59,309 nt of DNA from Abditibacteriaceae bacterium (lineage in GTDB: Bacteria; Armatimonadota; Abditibacteriia; Abditibacteriales; Abditibacteriaceae). A model generated the notes under the pieces. That model was given only the letters and a program-made list of their open reading frames with translations, was not told the DNA's origin and made no database searches. Position numbers and translations under genes: made by a program. Location: assembly GCA_031372065.1 (NCBI GenBank), contig JANMKN010000207.1:1-59309 (forward strand), given 5' to 3'. Positions 9,379-18,226 of the stretch are shown one piece after another. The stretch's first letter is position 1, and the number at the start of each line of letters is the position of its first letter.

Positions 9379-9957
9379 ATGATTCCTCAACGCCTGAGCG
9401 TCAAATTTTTCATCAAAGGCAGCGCGCCTGCTTTGCCGCCGTTTGTGCCTTTGTTTCACCGTTGGATTCAAAACAACACTGTCGAAGGCTTGCTGATTGA
9501 CGTGGCCGATTACGAACACGTCCCCGATGGCCCCGGCATTTTGCTGATCGGTCACGATGTGGATTACAGCATTGATCTAACCGACGGCAAGCCCAGTTTG
9601 ATGGTGCGTCGCAAACGCTACGAAGACAGCGACGATTTCGCCGCCATTTTGCGCGACACCTTACGCAAAGCCGCGCAAGCTGCCAACGCTTTGCACGCCG
9701 ATGATGCGGTCAGCATCGAAATAGACGCCACCACGGTGGAAATCACCTTAATTGACCGCCTGCAATCGCCTAACACGGCAGAAGCCTACGCCGCTGCGAC
9801 TTCCGAAGTCGAAGCGGTGTTAAACGCGCTTTATCCCGCCGGTTTCGAGCTTCGTCAGGGCAGCGACGACCCGCGCGATTGTTTGAGCCTTGTTGCCACC
9901 AGCAAAAGCACGGCAGATTTCGCGTCTCTCGCTGGCAATCTGACGGCGACTGTTTAA
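9379..9957 (+). CDS. Hypothetical protein downstream of the reductase
   Basis: 192-aa ORF with host-like codon use; motif-like PLFHRWIQ...LLIDVADYEHVPDGPGILLIGH; followed by a terminator. Confidence 0.75.
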   Translation: MIPQRLSVKFFIKGSAPALPPFVPLFHRWIQNNTVEGLLIDVADYEHVPDGPGILLIGHDVDYSIDLTDGKPSLMVRRKRYEDSDDFAAILRDTLRKAAQAANALHADDAVSIEIDATTVEITLIDRLQSPNTAEAYAAATSEVEAVLNALYPAGFELRQGSDDPRDCLSLVATSKSTADFASLAGNLTATV

Positions 9958-9974
9958 GCGCTCGCCCCCGCTAT

Positions 9975-10010
9975 AAAAAAGCCCCATTTTCGTATGAAAT
10001 GGGGCTTTTT
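9975..10010 (+). terminator. Intrinsic terminator (possibly bidirectional)
   Basis: aaaaaagccccatttt-cgtatg-aaatggggcttttt. Confidence 0.8.
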
Positions 10011-10017
10011 GCGTTTT

Positions 10018-10045
10018 GTAGGGACGTGATTCATCACGTCCCTAC
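10018..10045. repeat. GTAG-type REP palindrome
   Basis: GTAGGGACGTGAT-tc-ATCACGTCCCTAC perfect stem beginning with GTAG. Confidence 0.7.
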
Positions 10046-10094
10046 GGACTGCTGCTCGTTAATCTTCGTAAATTCATAAGCCAAACTCATTAAT

Positions 10095-10390
10095 GGCTGT
10101 TTTGAGTGAACTGAATTCAGTTCACTCAAAAAAACGCTTGTGGCGACTCAACTGAATTCAGTCCGCTCGAAAAAATGCTTGTGGCGACTCAACTGAATTC
10201 AGTTGAGGTCAAAAAACGGCTGTGGCGACTCAACTGAACTCAGTTGAAGTGAAAAAACGGTTGTGGTGACTCAACTGAACTCAGTTGAGGTGAAAAAACG
10301 GTTGTGGCGACCCAACTGAATTCAGTTGAAGTGAAAAAACGGCTTTTTAGGCCCAACTGAACTCAGTTGGAGGCAAAAAACGGCATTTTA
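10095..10390. repeat. Tandem array of 7 x 41-bp units, each with a palindromic core AACTGAA(T/C)TCAGT and an A-tract
   Basis: CTGAA(T/C)TCAG cores start at 10111, 10152, 10193, 10234, 10275, 10316 and 10357 (exact 41-bp period). Confidence 0.95.
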
Positions 10391-10420
10391 GGGCTTTTTT
10401 TACTTTTTGCGAGGTGAATA

Positions 10421-10477
10421 TTGCAAATTCAGGCCGCTATAAGACATAATAAAAGGCACCATTTCGTTTTTAGGAGG
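10421..10477 (+). promoter_or_regulatory. Putative sigma70 promoter and RBS for the 10485 gene
   Basis: TTGCAA (10421)-18 bp-CATAAT (10445); AGGAGG at 10472-10477. Confidence 0.45.
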
Positions 10478-10484
10478 AATTATT

Positions 10485-11414
10485 ATGGCCGCAAACCCGA
10501 TTCCTAACGGAATCAGCGAATTGCTAACTATGGCGGATGATGCCGCCGATGGGCTTCACGAACTGCAAGTGCAGCTGAGAGATATAGGTATTAAGCAAAA
10601 TACCGAAGCTGCCATCCGCACCGATATTGACCGCGTTGTCACCGCGCGACGCCAATACCGGGATGCTCAAGGTCAACAAGACGACCGTCAAGACGACCAA
10701 AACACCGCTGACCGCGCCGGGCGCCGGTTTTTGGTGGCGTATCGCAAGCGGATTTCGGGCTTTTTGGGCGACAATCCCAATGCCGAATGGGAAATCGCTT
10801 TGGATACCACAGGTTCCACACGAGTGGCGACCACCATAGACAAACGGCAAGATCAACTGCAAGCGGCGACGAACTATCTCACCGAACATCCCGATTATGC
10901 CGATGCCGCACTCGGCATCACCGCTACGATTGCTGGCAACGCGCTTCAAGTTTTGTCCACCGCGCGCATAGCTCTACGCACTGCTGAGACGGTGACAGAA
11001 GACAAGCAAAAGGAACTGGAGACAGCCGTCAAACTGCTGGCAAAACGGATGCGCGGTTTGCTCGGCGAATTGGAGCAGTTGCTACCACCCGACGACGCCA
11101 CTTGGCATCTACTCGAACTGAACGCGCCCGCCGACCCCGACACGCCCGAAGTCTCCGAAAAACCTACGTTGCATCCCTTGGGCGACGGCGCCTTGGAAAT
11201 GATTTTCACGCTGCCGCGCCGCGCCAAATACGCCCATTTATGGGTGCAGCAAAGCGGCGTTGACGCCGAACCGCGCCGCATCGAAGGCCAATTCCAATCG
11301 CCCGCTGTCGTGCGCGGTTTACCGCTCAACGTGCCACTGCTGGTTTTTATCAGCGGCGTCAACGAATCCGGTTCCGGCCCCCGCAGCGCGGCGGCCAACG
11401 TGACAGTGACGTAA
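10485..11414 (+). CDS. Uncharacterised protein: long amphipathic helices plus C-terminal FN3-like beta-sandwich, no signal peptide
   Basis: Strong RBS; helical/coiled-coil N-terminal ~215 aa; C-terminus ...VVRGLPLNVPLLVFISGVNESGSGPRSAAANVTVT resembles the FN3 GLxPxxxYxFxVxAxNxxGxGxxS pattern. Confidence 0.8.
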   Translation: MAANPIPNGISELLTMADDAADGLHELQVQLRDIGIKQNTEAAIRTDIDRVVTARRQYRDAQGQQDDRQDDQNTADRAGRRFLVAYRKRISGFLGDNPNAEWEIALDTTGSTRVATTIDKRQDQLQAATNYLTEHPDYADAALGITATIAGNALQVLSTARIALRTAETVTEDKQKELETAVKLLAKRMRGLLGELEQLLPPDDATWHLLELNAPADPDTPEVSEKPTLHPLGDGALEMIFTLPRRAKYAHLWVQQSGVDAEPRRIEGQFQSPAVVRGLPLNVPLLVFISGVNESGSGPRSAAANVTVT

Positions 11415-11426
11415 TTGGGCCACAAC

Positions 11427-11466
11427 AAGGGATGGAAAGAAGAACAAAAACTCCTTTCCATCCCTT
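11427..11466 (+). terminator. Stem-loop after the FN3-like gene
   Basis: aagggatggaaag...ctttccatccctt. Confidence 0.55.
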
Positions 11467-11542
11467 ACGGGATTATTTCCAGAGTAAACTGAGTTTGCGT
11501 TTATCAGGTCTTCTGCTTAGGCTTTGATTACATTCGGACAAT

Positions 11543-12877
11543 ATGAAAAACGCACCAAATGCCCCCATTCGAACGTTGCCACAAAAGCCTGCACCGGGCG
11601 AGAAATTTCGAATTTTGGTTGTCGAAGACGATGCCGAAGTTGCCCGTCTGATTTTGCTGAATCTGGCACGCGCCGGATTGGATTGTCGCTATGTCAATGA
11701 TGGCCTAATGGGTTTAACGGCGTTTCGAGAGGCCGACCCGCATTTAATCCTGTTAGATTTGATGTTGCCCGGTTGTGATGGCCGCCATGTTTGTATGAAA
11801 GTGCGCGAAAAAAGCACGGTTCCCATCATCATTTTGACCGCGATGTCCGGTGAGGAGCCGCAGTTGCAGTGCTCCAAACTTGGAGCTGACGATTTCGTGA
11901 CAAAGCCATGTAATCCGAAATTATTGATAGCGCGCGTGTTAGCTCATCTGCGTCGCACTTATGGCTACAATGCCGAAACGGAAAATATGGACACGGAATC
12001 GCAACCGCAAGAACCGGCCACTCCATCACTGTTGCCGAAAACCACAATAACAATTCCTATCGGCTGCGCGCATTGTGAGGCGTGTGGTTTTACAGGGCCA
12101 CAACCTGCTTTTGAAACAGTAGATGATCAAGGTGCGTCCTGCCCTCGCTGCAACCACAAAGAAAATATATGGGTGAATATTGCTGATTTATATCGCCCTG
12201 CCGAGAAGGAGGTAAGCGAACTTAGGACTATGGCACGTGCAATTGTCCATAGTGCGAATTCGGAGTTTTTTATCATTGGTTCTTCTACTAATAAGCTGCG
12301 AAAGCTCATTCAAGGTAATAGTGAGGCCCAAGAAAAATGTGATTCGATTGCAGAGAGCGTTGAATACACCGAAATTCTCTGCCGGCGGCTAATGGATTAT
12401 TTACAAATTGGCAAACCGCCACTGGTTCCCATAGATGTTCTTGAGATCGTCAGGAAAGTTGAGCGTGCAGCGCAGCGACGTCTTCCTGCAAACATCCAAT
12501 TAAATGTTACTGCGGACAATTTGGGAAAAAATAAAATTGTCCTCGCAAATGCCGAACAGATCATAGGAGTTCTGTTAGAACTCATTCATAATGCCAGAAA
12601 CGTTTTGCATGAGAACGGCGGGGAAATTAGCTTCAACGTCTCAAATTGCAATGACCAGATTGTCTTTTCGGTGACTGACAATGGATCAGGCGTTCCAAGG
12701 GAACTGAGGGATGAATTACTCAAGCAACCCGTATTGAGTAAAAGTGGATCGGGTGTCGGATTATTTCTTTCTAATCAAGTTATGCAAGCATTGGGTGGAC
12801 AGATAATCTTTGAAACCTCTGACCAAGGCACTGAGTTTTCTGTTTCGTTACCCCTCGCCCCTGTGGAGGCTGAATAA
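11543..12877 (+). CDS. Hybrid signalling protein: receiver domain + Cys-rich Zn ribbon + histidine-kinase ATPase domain
   Basis: ILVVEDD...LILLDLMLP...ILTA...GADDFVTKP; CAHCEAC...CPRC; putative H-box IVHSANS, N-box ELIHNA, G1 VTDNGSG, G2 GSGVGL. Confidence 0.85.
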   Translation: MKNAPNAPIRTLPQKPAPGEKFRILVVEDDAEVARLILLNLARAGLDCRYVNDGLMGLTAFREADPHLILLDLMLPGCDGRHVCMKVREKSTVPIIILTAMSGEEPQLQCSKLGADDFVTKPCNPKLLIARVLAHLRRTYGYNAETENMDTESQPQEPATPSLLPKTTITIPIGCAHCEACGFTGPQPAFETVDDQGASCPRCNHKENIWVNIADLYRPAEKEVSELRTMARAIVHSANSEFFIIGSSTNKLRKLIQGNSEAQEKCDSIAESVEYTEILCRRLMDYLQIGKPPLVPIDVLEIVRKVERAAQRRLPANIQLNVTADNLGKNKIVLANAEQIIGVLLELIHNARNVLHENGGEISFNVSNCNDQIVFSVTDNGSGVPRELRDELLKQPVLSKSGSGVGLFLSNQVMQALGGQIIFETSDQGTEFSVSLPLAPVEAE

Positions 12878-12880
12878 ATT

Positions 12881-14464
12881 ATGCGTATTCTTATTGTGGA
12901 TGATGATCGCCGTATGACGACGATATATCGGGAAGACTTACTGAACCACTTTCACTTGCAAAATTTGGCAGTGGAAGAAGCCCATACTTTTTCGCGTTGC
13001 TTGGAAAAACTGCAACACACGTCCGTAGAAATTCTCATCGTGGACTTGAAGATTCCAGGGCCAAATGGCGAGGAAATGGGAGGCTTTGAAATCATTCAGG
13101 AATCCATTGCTCTAGACCTTTTGCGTCCGATTATTGTAATTACAGGTTATGGGAGTATCGAACGGGCAAGAAATTCATTCAAACAAGGCGTTTTCGATTT
13201 CATTGAGAAGGGTTCAAAAGCAACAGACAAGTTGATTGATGCGGTGCAACGGGCAATTAACCGCCGTGATGAGAGAATTGTGCGCTCCGGTAATCCCTTC
13301 AATTTGGGTATAAACCCTACCATTTTTGGAGGAAGGATGTCTGAGTTAGAGTTTTTAGAAAAAAGGCTCAACCGGGCACTAAATTCACAGTTTTGCGAAC
13401 CATTTTTAGTGCTGGGGGATTGGGGCATTGGTAAGTCAACGCTGCTCAAAGAATACAAAACAATTCTTCAAAATCGGGGCCACTTAGCTGCTATTGTTCC
13501 ACTTGGGCCACTGCAAAATGGCACCGATTTACAGGAAGCGGCTGACTTAATCGTGGATGGAATGCTGCGCAGCATTCCACGCGAAAATGAGCTTTTGAAA
13601 CAGTTAGCCAAATACTTTGGTTCGATCAATGTTAGTTATGCTGGGATTAACGTGGAGAGTAAAAATACCGAGCCTCCAAAGCAACTACGTCCGCAGGCGT
13701 TTCTTCACGACACTTTTTATAGTTTGTGGCAGGACTTAAAGAGTGTGAGCGGCGTTTTTGTTTTACTGCTTGACGACTTGGATAATTTTCGGACTATCCC
13801 CGAAATTCTGCTTATCCTGCGTCAAACACTTCAGATGCCTTCGCTCCAAGACGCAAAAATAATAATCGGCATTGCGGCAACTCCGGCCGGTTGGCAGCAC
13901 ATGACGACTCATGAACAGGCAGGAAATACCGCGCATCACCCGCTCAATCGTTTTTTTATGCAACGGGTTTTGCTGGAGCCTTTAAGCCAGCAGGAAGTGA
14001 CCGAAACAATCATTAAGTCCTTGGCTGGCACTGGGGTTTCCTTCAGCCCAGAAACTATCGCGCGGGTATTCGAGAACACGGGAGGACATCCTTATGAAGT
14101 GCAGATTATGTGTTATCACCTCTTTGACAATCAGTTGTCGCGCCGGGTAGAAATTGATGTTTGGGATAAGTCTTTACAAGGGGCGTTGCGTGACTTGGGA
14201 GTTGCTTTATTCGACTCTTGGTTCAATCAAGCAAGCAGTGAGGAGGCTAAGGTTTTGCGGGTTATCGCTGGCATAGAAGAATCAATTTCCACCAAGGAAA
14301 TTCAGGACACATTGACAAGCCAAAAAGCAGGCGTTTCAAATCAGAACATAGCGAAATACCTCCAACGCCTGTGCACCAAGAATTTAATTTGCAAGACTGG
14401 CCGAGGCTATTATGCTATTCCAGATGCTATGTTTCGCTCCTATGTGCGGCTCCGTCAGGAGTGA
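12881..14464 (+). CDS. Receiver domain + STAND-like/ATPase_2-type P-loop NTPase + winged helix
   Basis: ILIVDDD...IVDLKIP...ITGYG...FDFIEK; NPF...FGGRMSEL; Walker A GDWGIGKST; Walker B VLLLDDLD; TGGHPYEVQ (GxP); C-terminal wHTH-like YLQRLCTKNLI...GYYAIPDAMF. Confidence 0.85.
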   Translation: MRILIVDDDRRMTTIYREDLLNHFHLQNLAVEEAHTFSRCLEKLQHTSVEILIVDLKIPGPNGEEMGGFEIIQESIALDLLRPIIVITGYGSIERARNSFKQGVFDFIEKGSKATDKLIDAVQRAINRRDERIVRSGNPFNLGINPTIFGGRMSELEFLEKRLNRALNSQFCEPFLVLGDWGIGKSTLLKEYKTILQNRGHLAAIVPLGPLQNGTDLQEAADLIVDGMLRSIPRENELLKQLAKYFGSINVSYAGINVESKNTEPPKQLRPQAFLHDTFYSLWQDLKSVSGVFVLLLDDLDNFRTIPEILLILRQTLQMPSLQDAKIIIGIAATPAGWQHMTTHEQAGNTAHHPLNRFFMQRVLLEPLSQQEVTETIIKSLAGTGVSFSPETIARVFENTGGHPYEVQIMCYHLFDNQLSRRVEIDVWDKSLQGALRDLGVALFDSWFNQASSEEAKVLRVIAGIEESISTKEIQDTLTSQKAGVSNQNIAKYLQRLCTKNLICKTGRGYYAIPDAMFRSYVRLRQE

Positions 14465-14517
14465 AAATGACAAAAATGACAAGGTAGCGCCGCAGTTGTC
14501 AGTTGCACACAGCTTTC

Positions 14518-16881
14518 TCATGGTGCGTATTTCACCCAGCGCACATCGCGGATGATGTAGCGGACGTGTTCGTCTTTGGTATTCAGGCCGATTTTAAAAG
14601 CGCGAATTTGAGCGGCGTCAAGTTGATTATTTTTGTCCGGCTGGGAAAACGCGCCCCAATTGGCGCGCTTGAAAAGCACCACGGCGTGATACGGCTTGTT
14701 CATTTCCAAAGGCTTTGGGAAATCCGTATCGCCGACGTAACTGCTGCCATTGGCTTCATCGAAAATGGCGCGGAATTCGGCTTGTCCGGCGAGTGGCACG
14801 ATGGTAAACGCCACGCCATCCCAATCGCCGTTTGGTGCTTCGGCGGCGAGCGGTGTGAGAACGGGATATGCCCAGCGATCACCGGGCTGCATCGTCGCGT
14901 CCACGATCAAATCGTTGCCTTGCACTTGCAAATCCATCGTGCCGGGGCTGACCATTGTGCGCCAGTTTTTCAAGTCTAAGGCGCCCTTTAGCGACAGCGT
15001 GCGCACCGGTTGAATGGCTTCAATCGTTAGCGAAAAACGCACGGCAGCGAAAGCCTGTCCCGCCGCGCCGCAATTGGCGCGAAAGCGCGCCACCACTGGC
15101 TCAATGGGCATTTTACCGCCGAGCCGGATGCGCACTTTCAGTTCGTGCTGCTCCATTGGCCCAATGGTAAACGCTTCTTGAGGCACTTCGATTTTTAACT
15201 GCGGGGTCGCGTCGGGAATAACGCTGGTTGTGATGGCTCGCGCGCCGAAGTTGTAAACGAAAAGCGGCATTTCGTAGGTTTCATCCGCCGCCAAACGATA
15301 CGACGAATCGCCCAAACGCAAACGGGCGTTTTCGGGCAACGGTTGCAGCACAAGTGGGCATGGTTTTGTCGCGCGGCGCGGCGTGTTTTGCGGCGCTGAA
15401 ACGAGATTTAACTTCGCATTTTCGGGCAGGATAATATAAAGCGGGTCGGCGTTATCCAGCGCAGACGGACGACCTAAGAAGTCGAAGATTTGAAGCGCGC
15501 CCCCTTGCGGCAAGACGAGGTCTTTCTTGGCCGACAAAACTACCAAAACTGTTTGCGGTTTGCCGTCGGGTAGGGCACGAAAAGCGAACGTGGGCGCGTT
15601 TTTATCGCTTCCTGCGAGTTGGCCGAGTGGTTTGGCGCCCGCTAAAAATCGCCCGGCGGCAGCTAAGGCCAAATACGCCGGGCGCGGCGTCATATCGCGG
15701 TGTGTCAGGCCAAATTGCGTGTTGCCTTCGACGTAATGAGGCAGCAAGAAAAAGAAGGTCGCGCGCGAACCGTTGGCGATGCTGCTCGCAAAGCACTCGG
15801 TAACAAAGCGCGCTTGTTTTTGCTGGTTTTCCCACGTCGGTTCTTGCTCTTTTTCGTCGCCTTGCCACAGAGTATGCGTGCCTGCTTCGCTGACCCACAA
15901 CGGCTTGCCCATCGCCGCGCCGCGCATGGTTTCGTAGCTGGACGCATAGGAAATTGGCGCGGTGTAGTGATGAAAATTAAAAGTGTCGAAATAGGCCGTC
16001 GCTTCGTTTTCGATGAAGTTGTCCAGCACACCGGTGCGCGAGGGCAGCGCGAAGACATTCTGGCACACAATCGCGTCGGGATCGCCCGCGCGAATGCCCC
16101 AGTAAGCCGCTTTTTGGTAGGTGGCGATTTCAAGGCCGCTATGACCACCGAAATTGGAAATATCGGCTTCATTCCACGGCTCCCACGCGCGCACTTGGCC
16201 TTGCCAGCGCGAGGACATTTCTTTGAGGAAGTTGTAACCATCGCGCAAATCGAGAGGCATTCGTTTGCCGTCGGGATTGGCCCACGGTGGCGAGGCGTGA
16301 AACACCTGCAAAACTTGCAAGCCTGCGGCGGCTTGTTCGCGCGCCGATTCGTCGAAAATAGTGCCGGTTTTGAATTGGCCGCGTTGAGGCTCTATCACGT
16401 CCCAACTAAGGCGATCACGCACCCAATTTACGCCTGCCAACGCCGCTTGATTGGCCGCGTCTTTGACTTTGGAAGGCTGCCCGTCGCGCGGATTATAAAA
16501 CCACGCTGTTGCCGCGTCCACACCAATCGGCGAATCGAGTGGCGTTGCTGTTTTCAGCGGTTCCAAGACGCCCAAAGTGGTTTTTGCAAGGCGCTTATTC
16601 GCCGCGTCCGTCGCCCAGATTTCGTAATAGCCAACCGGCAAAGCGCCGAGTTTAATTATCGTTTCCGTGCCTTGCGCCATGACTTTTTGATCGTAGTCCA
16701 CACAAATCCAACCCGTCGCATTTTCTGCTAACGGGCGCGGCAAAGACACTTCTTCGCCGCGCAAAAAAATGTTGCCAGGATGACCGGGCAAGGTTTGTGG
16801 AATGGCGCGTTGCACTGGCGCAGCGTCAAGCGGCGCGATGGTTAGGCACAGCAGAAACGGCACGAGATGAAATGGTTTCAT
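14518..16881 (-). CDS. Secreted clan GH-A glycoside hydrolase (GH39/GH5-like TIM barrel) with C-terminal CBM-like domain
   Basis: Signal peptide; GVNWVRDRLSWDVIEP, acid/base WEPWNEAD, FHHY, nucleophile LWVSEAG, FGLTHRDMTPRPAY. Confidence 0.75.
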   Translation of the reverse strand: MKPFHLVPFLLCLTIAPLDAAPVQRAIPQTLPGHPGNIFLRGEEVSLPRPLAENATGWICVDYDQKVMAQGTETIIKLGALPVGYYEIWATDAANKRLAKTTLGVLEPLKTATPLDSPIGVDAATAWFYNPRDGQPSKVKDAANQAALAGVNWVRDRLSWDVIEPQRGQFKTGTIFDESAREQAAAGLQVLQVFHASPPWANPDGKRMPLDLRDGYNFLKEMSSRWQGQVRAWEPWNEADISNFGGHSGLEIATYQKAAYWGIRAGDPDAIVCQNVFALPSRTGVLDNFIENEATAYFDTFNFHHYTAPISYASSYETMRGAAMGKPLWVSEAGTHTLWQGDEKEQEPTWENQQKQARFVTECFASSIANGSRATFFFLLPHYVEGNTQFGLTHRDMTPRPAYLALAAAGRFLAGAKPLGQLAGSDKNAPTFAFRALPDGKPQTVLVVLSAKKDLVLPQGGALQIFDFLGRPSALDNADPLYIILPENAKLNLVSAPQNTPRRATKPCPLVLQPLPENARLRLGDSSYRLAADETYEMPLFVYNFGARAITTSVIPDATPQLKIEVPQEAFTIGPMEQHELKVRIRLGGKMPIEPVVARFRANCGAAGQAFAAVRFSLTIEAIQPVRTLSLKGALDLKNWRTMVSPGTMDLQVQGNDLIVDATMQPGDRWAYPVLTPLAAEAPNGDWDGVAFTIVPLAGQAEFRAIFDEANGSSYVGDTDFPKPLEMNKPYHAVVLFKRANWGAFSQPDKNNQLDAAQIRAFKIGLNTKDEHVRYIIRDVRWVKYAP

Positions 16882-16951
16882 GGTTTATTACCAGCGCATG
16901 AATTCGCGGCTAAAATAAAAAAGTAACGCAGCATAAAATTCCTAAAAGGCC

Positions 16952-18121
16952 TTAGTTTTCAAGCGTCCAATGCGCTTGCCTTAAAACGGCTTTGGGCGAT
17001 GTGGACAACTGTTCATACCAAACGGTCAGCAGCGAGCCGTCCGCGAGTTGAACCGTCGAAGGATAGCCAAGGTCGCCGGAAGCAGCGTCTTGCGAAATAA
17101 CGAGCGGCTCCGACCAACTTTGGCCGTTGTCATCGCTAAGGCGCGCCTGATTGCCCAGCGGCGCGCGGCGATGGCCGTAGCTCATTAATAATCTGCCATC
17201 GCGCAAGCGCAGCAAAAACGACGGCAAACCCCACACGCCGATAGGACGCGGGGTTGTCCACGTTTTGCCGCCATCGCTTGATTCGCATTGCAAAGTTTCG
17301 CCATCGTTTTGCGGGTTTTCGTTGCGAATATGCACGATGATTTTGCCGCCGCTTTCGACGGCGTGCAGTTCGTGATAATTCTCGGTTTTATCGCCTGTGC
17401 GCGGCGCAATTGCCGAGAGCCATTGCCAACTTTGGCCGTCGTCGCGCGATTCGCAAACGCCAACGCGTTTTTCGCCCGTCCACAATTCTTTTCCGGCGTA
17501 AAGCAAGCGATTATCGCGCAGTTGAATCGGCCCGTGCGGGCTGTTGACAAGGCTCGCATAACGTGGTGACCACGTTAAACCGCCATCTGTGGAACGCAGC
17601 ATCCATTGGCCCAGTTCGGCTTGGCGCGTGGCGTCGTCAAGGCGTTCGTGAGCGGCCTTCCAACGTGTTAATTTCTCCGGCGGCCAGTCGCCTTTTTGCT
17701 GGGCGGCGAGCAGTTGCGGCTGGTAGGCGAGCGAAGTAAAAGATGTCACCAACAAAGTGCCGCGCGCTGTTTCGAGAACGCCCGCGTCGCGGTCATCCAA
17801 CGCGCTGTCGAGTAAAACGCGCGGCCAACTCCAAGTGGCGCCGTCGTCGCGCGAAGTCATCATTTGCACGCGCCCAAACGGGCAAACGTGCGCTTCGCGT
17901 CTGCCCGAATACACCAAAACCAATTCGCCATTTTGCCGCCGCGTTAAAGTCGGCCAACCGCAATAATACTGCGGCTCGACGCTGATGATTCGCGTGTCGT
18001 GAACTTTGATTTTCGGCATGGTTTTTCCGTTTTGCGCGCTCGCTTTCGATGCGACAGTCGCCAAAAGGGCGCTGCTCATGCCTTGCACAAAGTGGCGGCG
18101 CGAAAGAGAAGAAGTGGACAT
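16952..18121 (-). CDS. Tat-exported BNR/Asp-box (sialidase-like) protein
   Basis: SRRHFVQG twin-arginine signal; five Asp-boxes (SRDDGATW, STDGGLTW, SRDDGQSW, SSDGGKTW, SDDNGQSW); DLGYPS. Confidence 0.85.
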   Translation of the reverse strand: MSTSSLSRRHFVQGMSSALLATVASKASAQNGKTMPKIKVHDTRIISVEPQYYCGWPTLTRRQNGELVLVYSGRREAHVCPFGRVQMMTSRDDGATWSWPRVLLDSALDDRDAGVLETARGTLLVTSFTSLAYQPQLLAAQQKGDWPPEKLTRWKAAHERLDDATRQAELGQWMLRSTDGGLTWSPRYASLVNSPHGPIQLRDNRLLYAGKELWTGEKRVGVCESRDDGQSWQWLSAIAPRTGDKTENYHELHAVESGGKIIVHIRNENPQNDGETLQCESSDGGKTWTTPRPIGVWGLPSFLLRLRDGRLLMSYGHRRAPLGNQARLSDDNGQSWSEPLVISQDAASGDLGYPSTVQLADGSLLTVWYEQLSTSPKAVLRQAHWTLEN

Positions 18122-18226
18122 GAGAAAAGTAAATTGCGCGTTTAGACAAAAGTTTCGGCGCGACTTGTCAGCAAAACGAAAATTTAGCGGTTATAATGCC
18201 CTTAGATTTGCAGGGAAAGGCAAACC

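Noticed and set aside
10095..10390. CRISPR array or TIGR array
   Set aside because: Units are similar over their whole length with no unique spacers; no cas gene or Nop-domain protein nearby.
12881..14464. NtrC-type sigma54 activator (receiver + AAA)
   Set aside because: No GAFTGA motif or Fis-type HTH; motifs fit a STAND/ATPase_2 NTPase.
10050..14517. Integrated mobile element with att sites
   Set aside because: Lower GC suggests foreign origin for part of it, but I found no integrase, transposase or flanking direct repeats.
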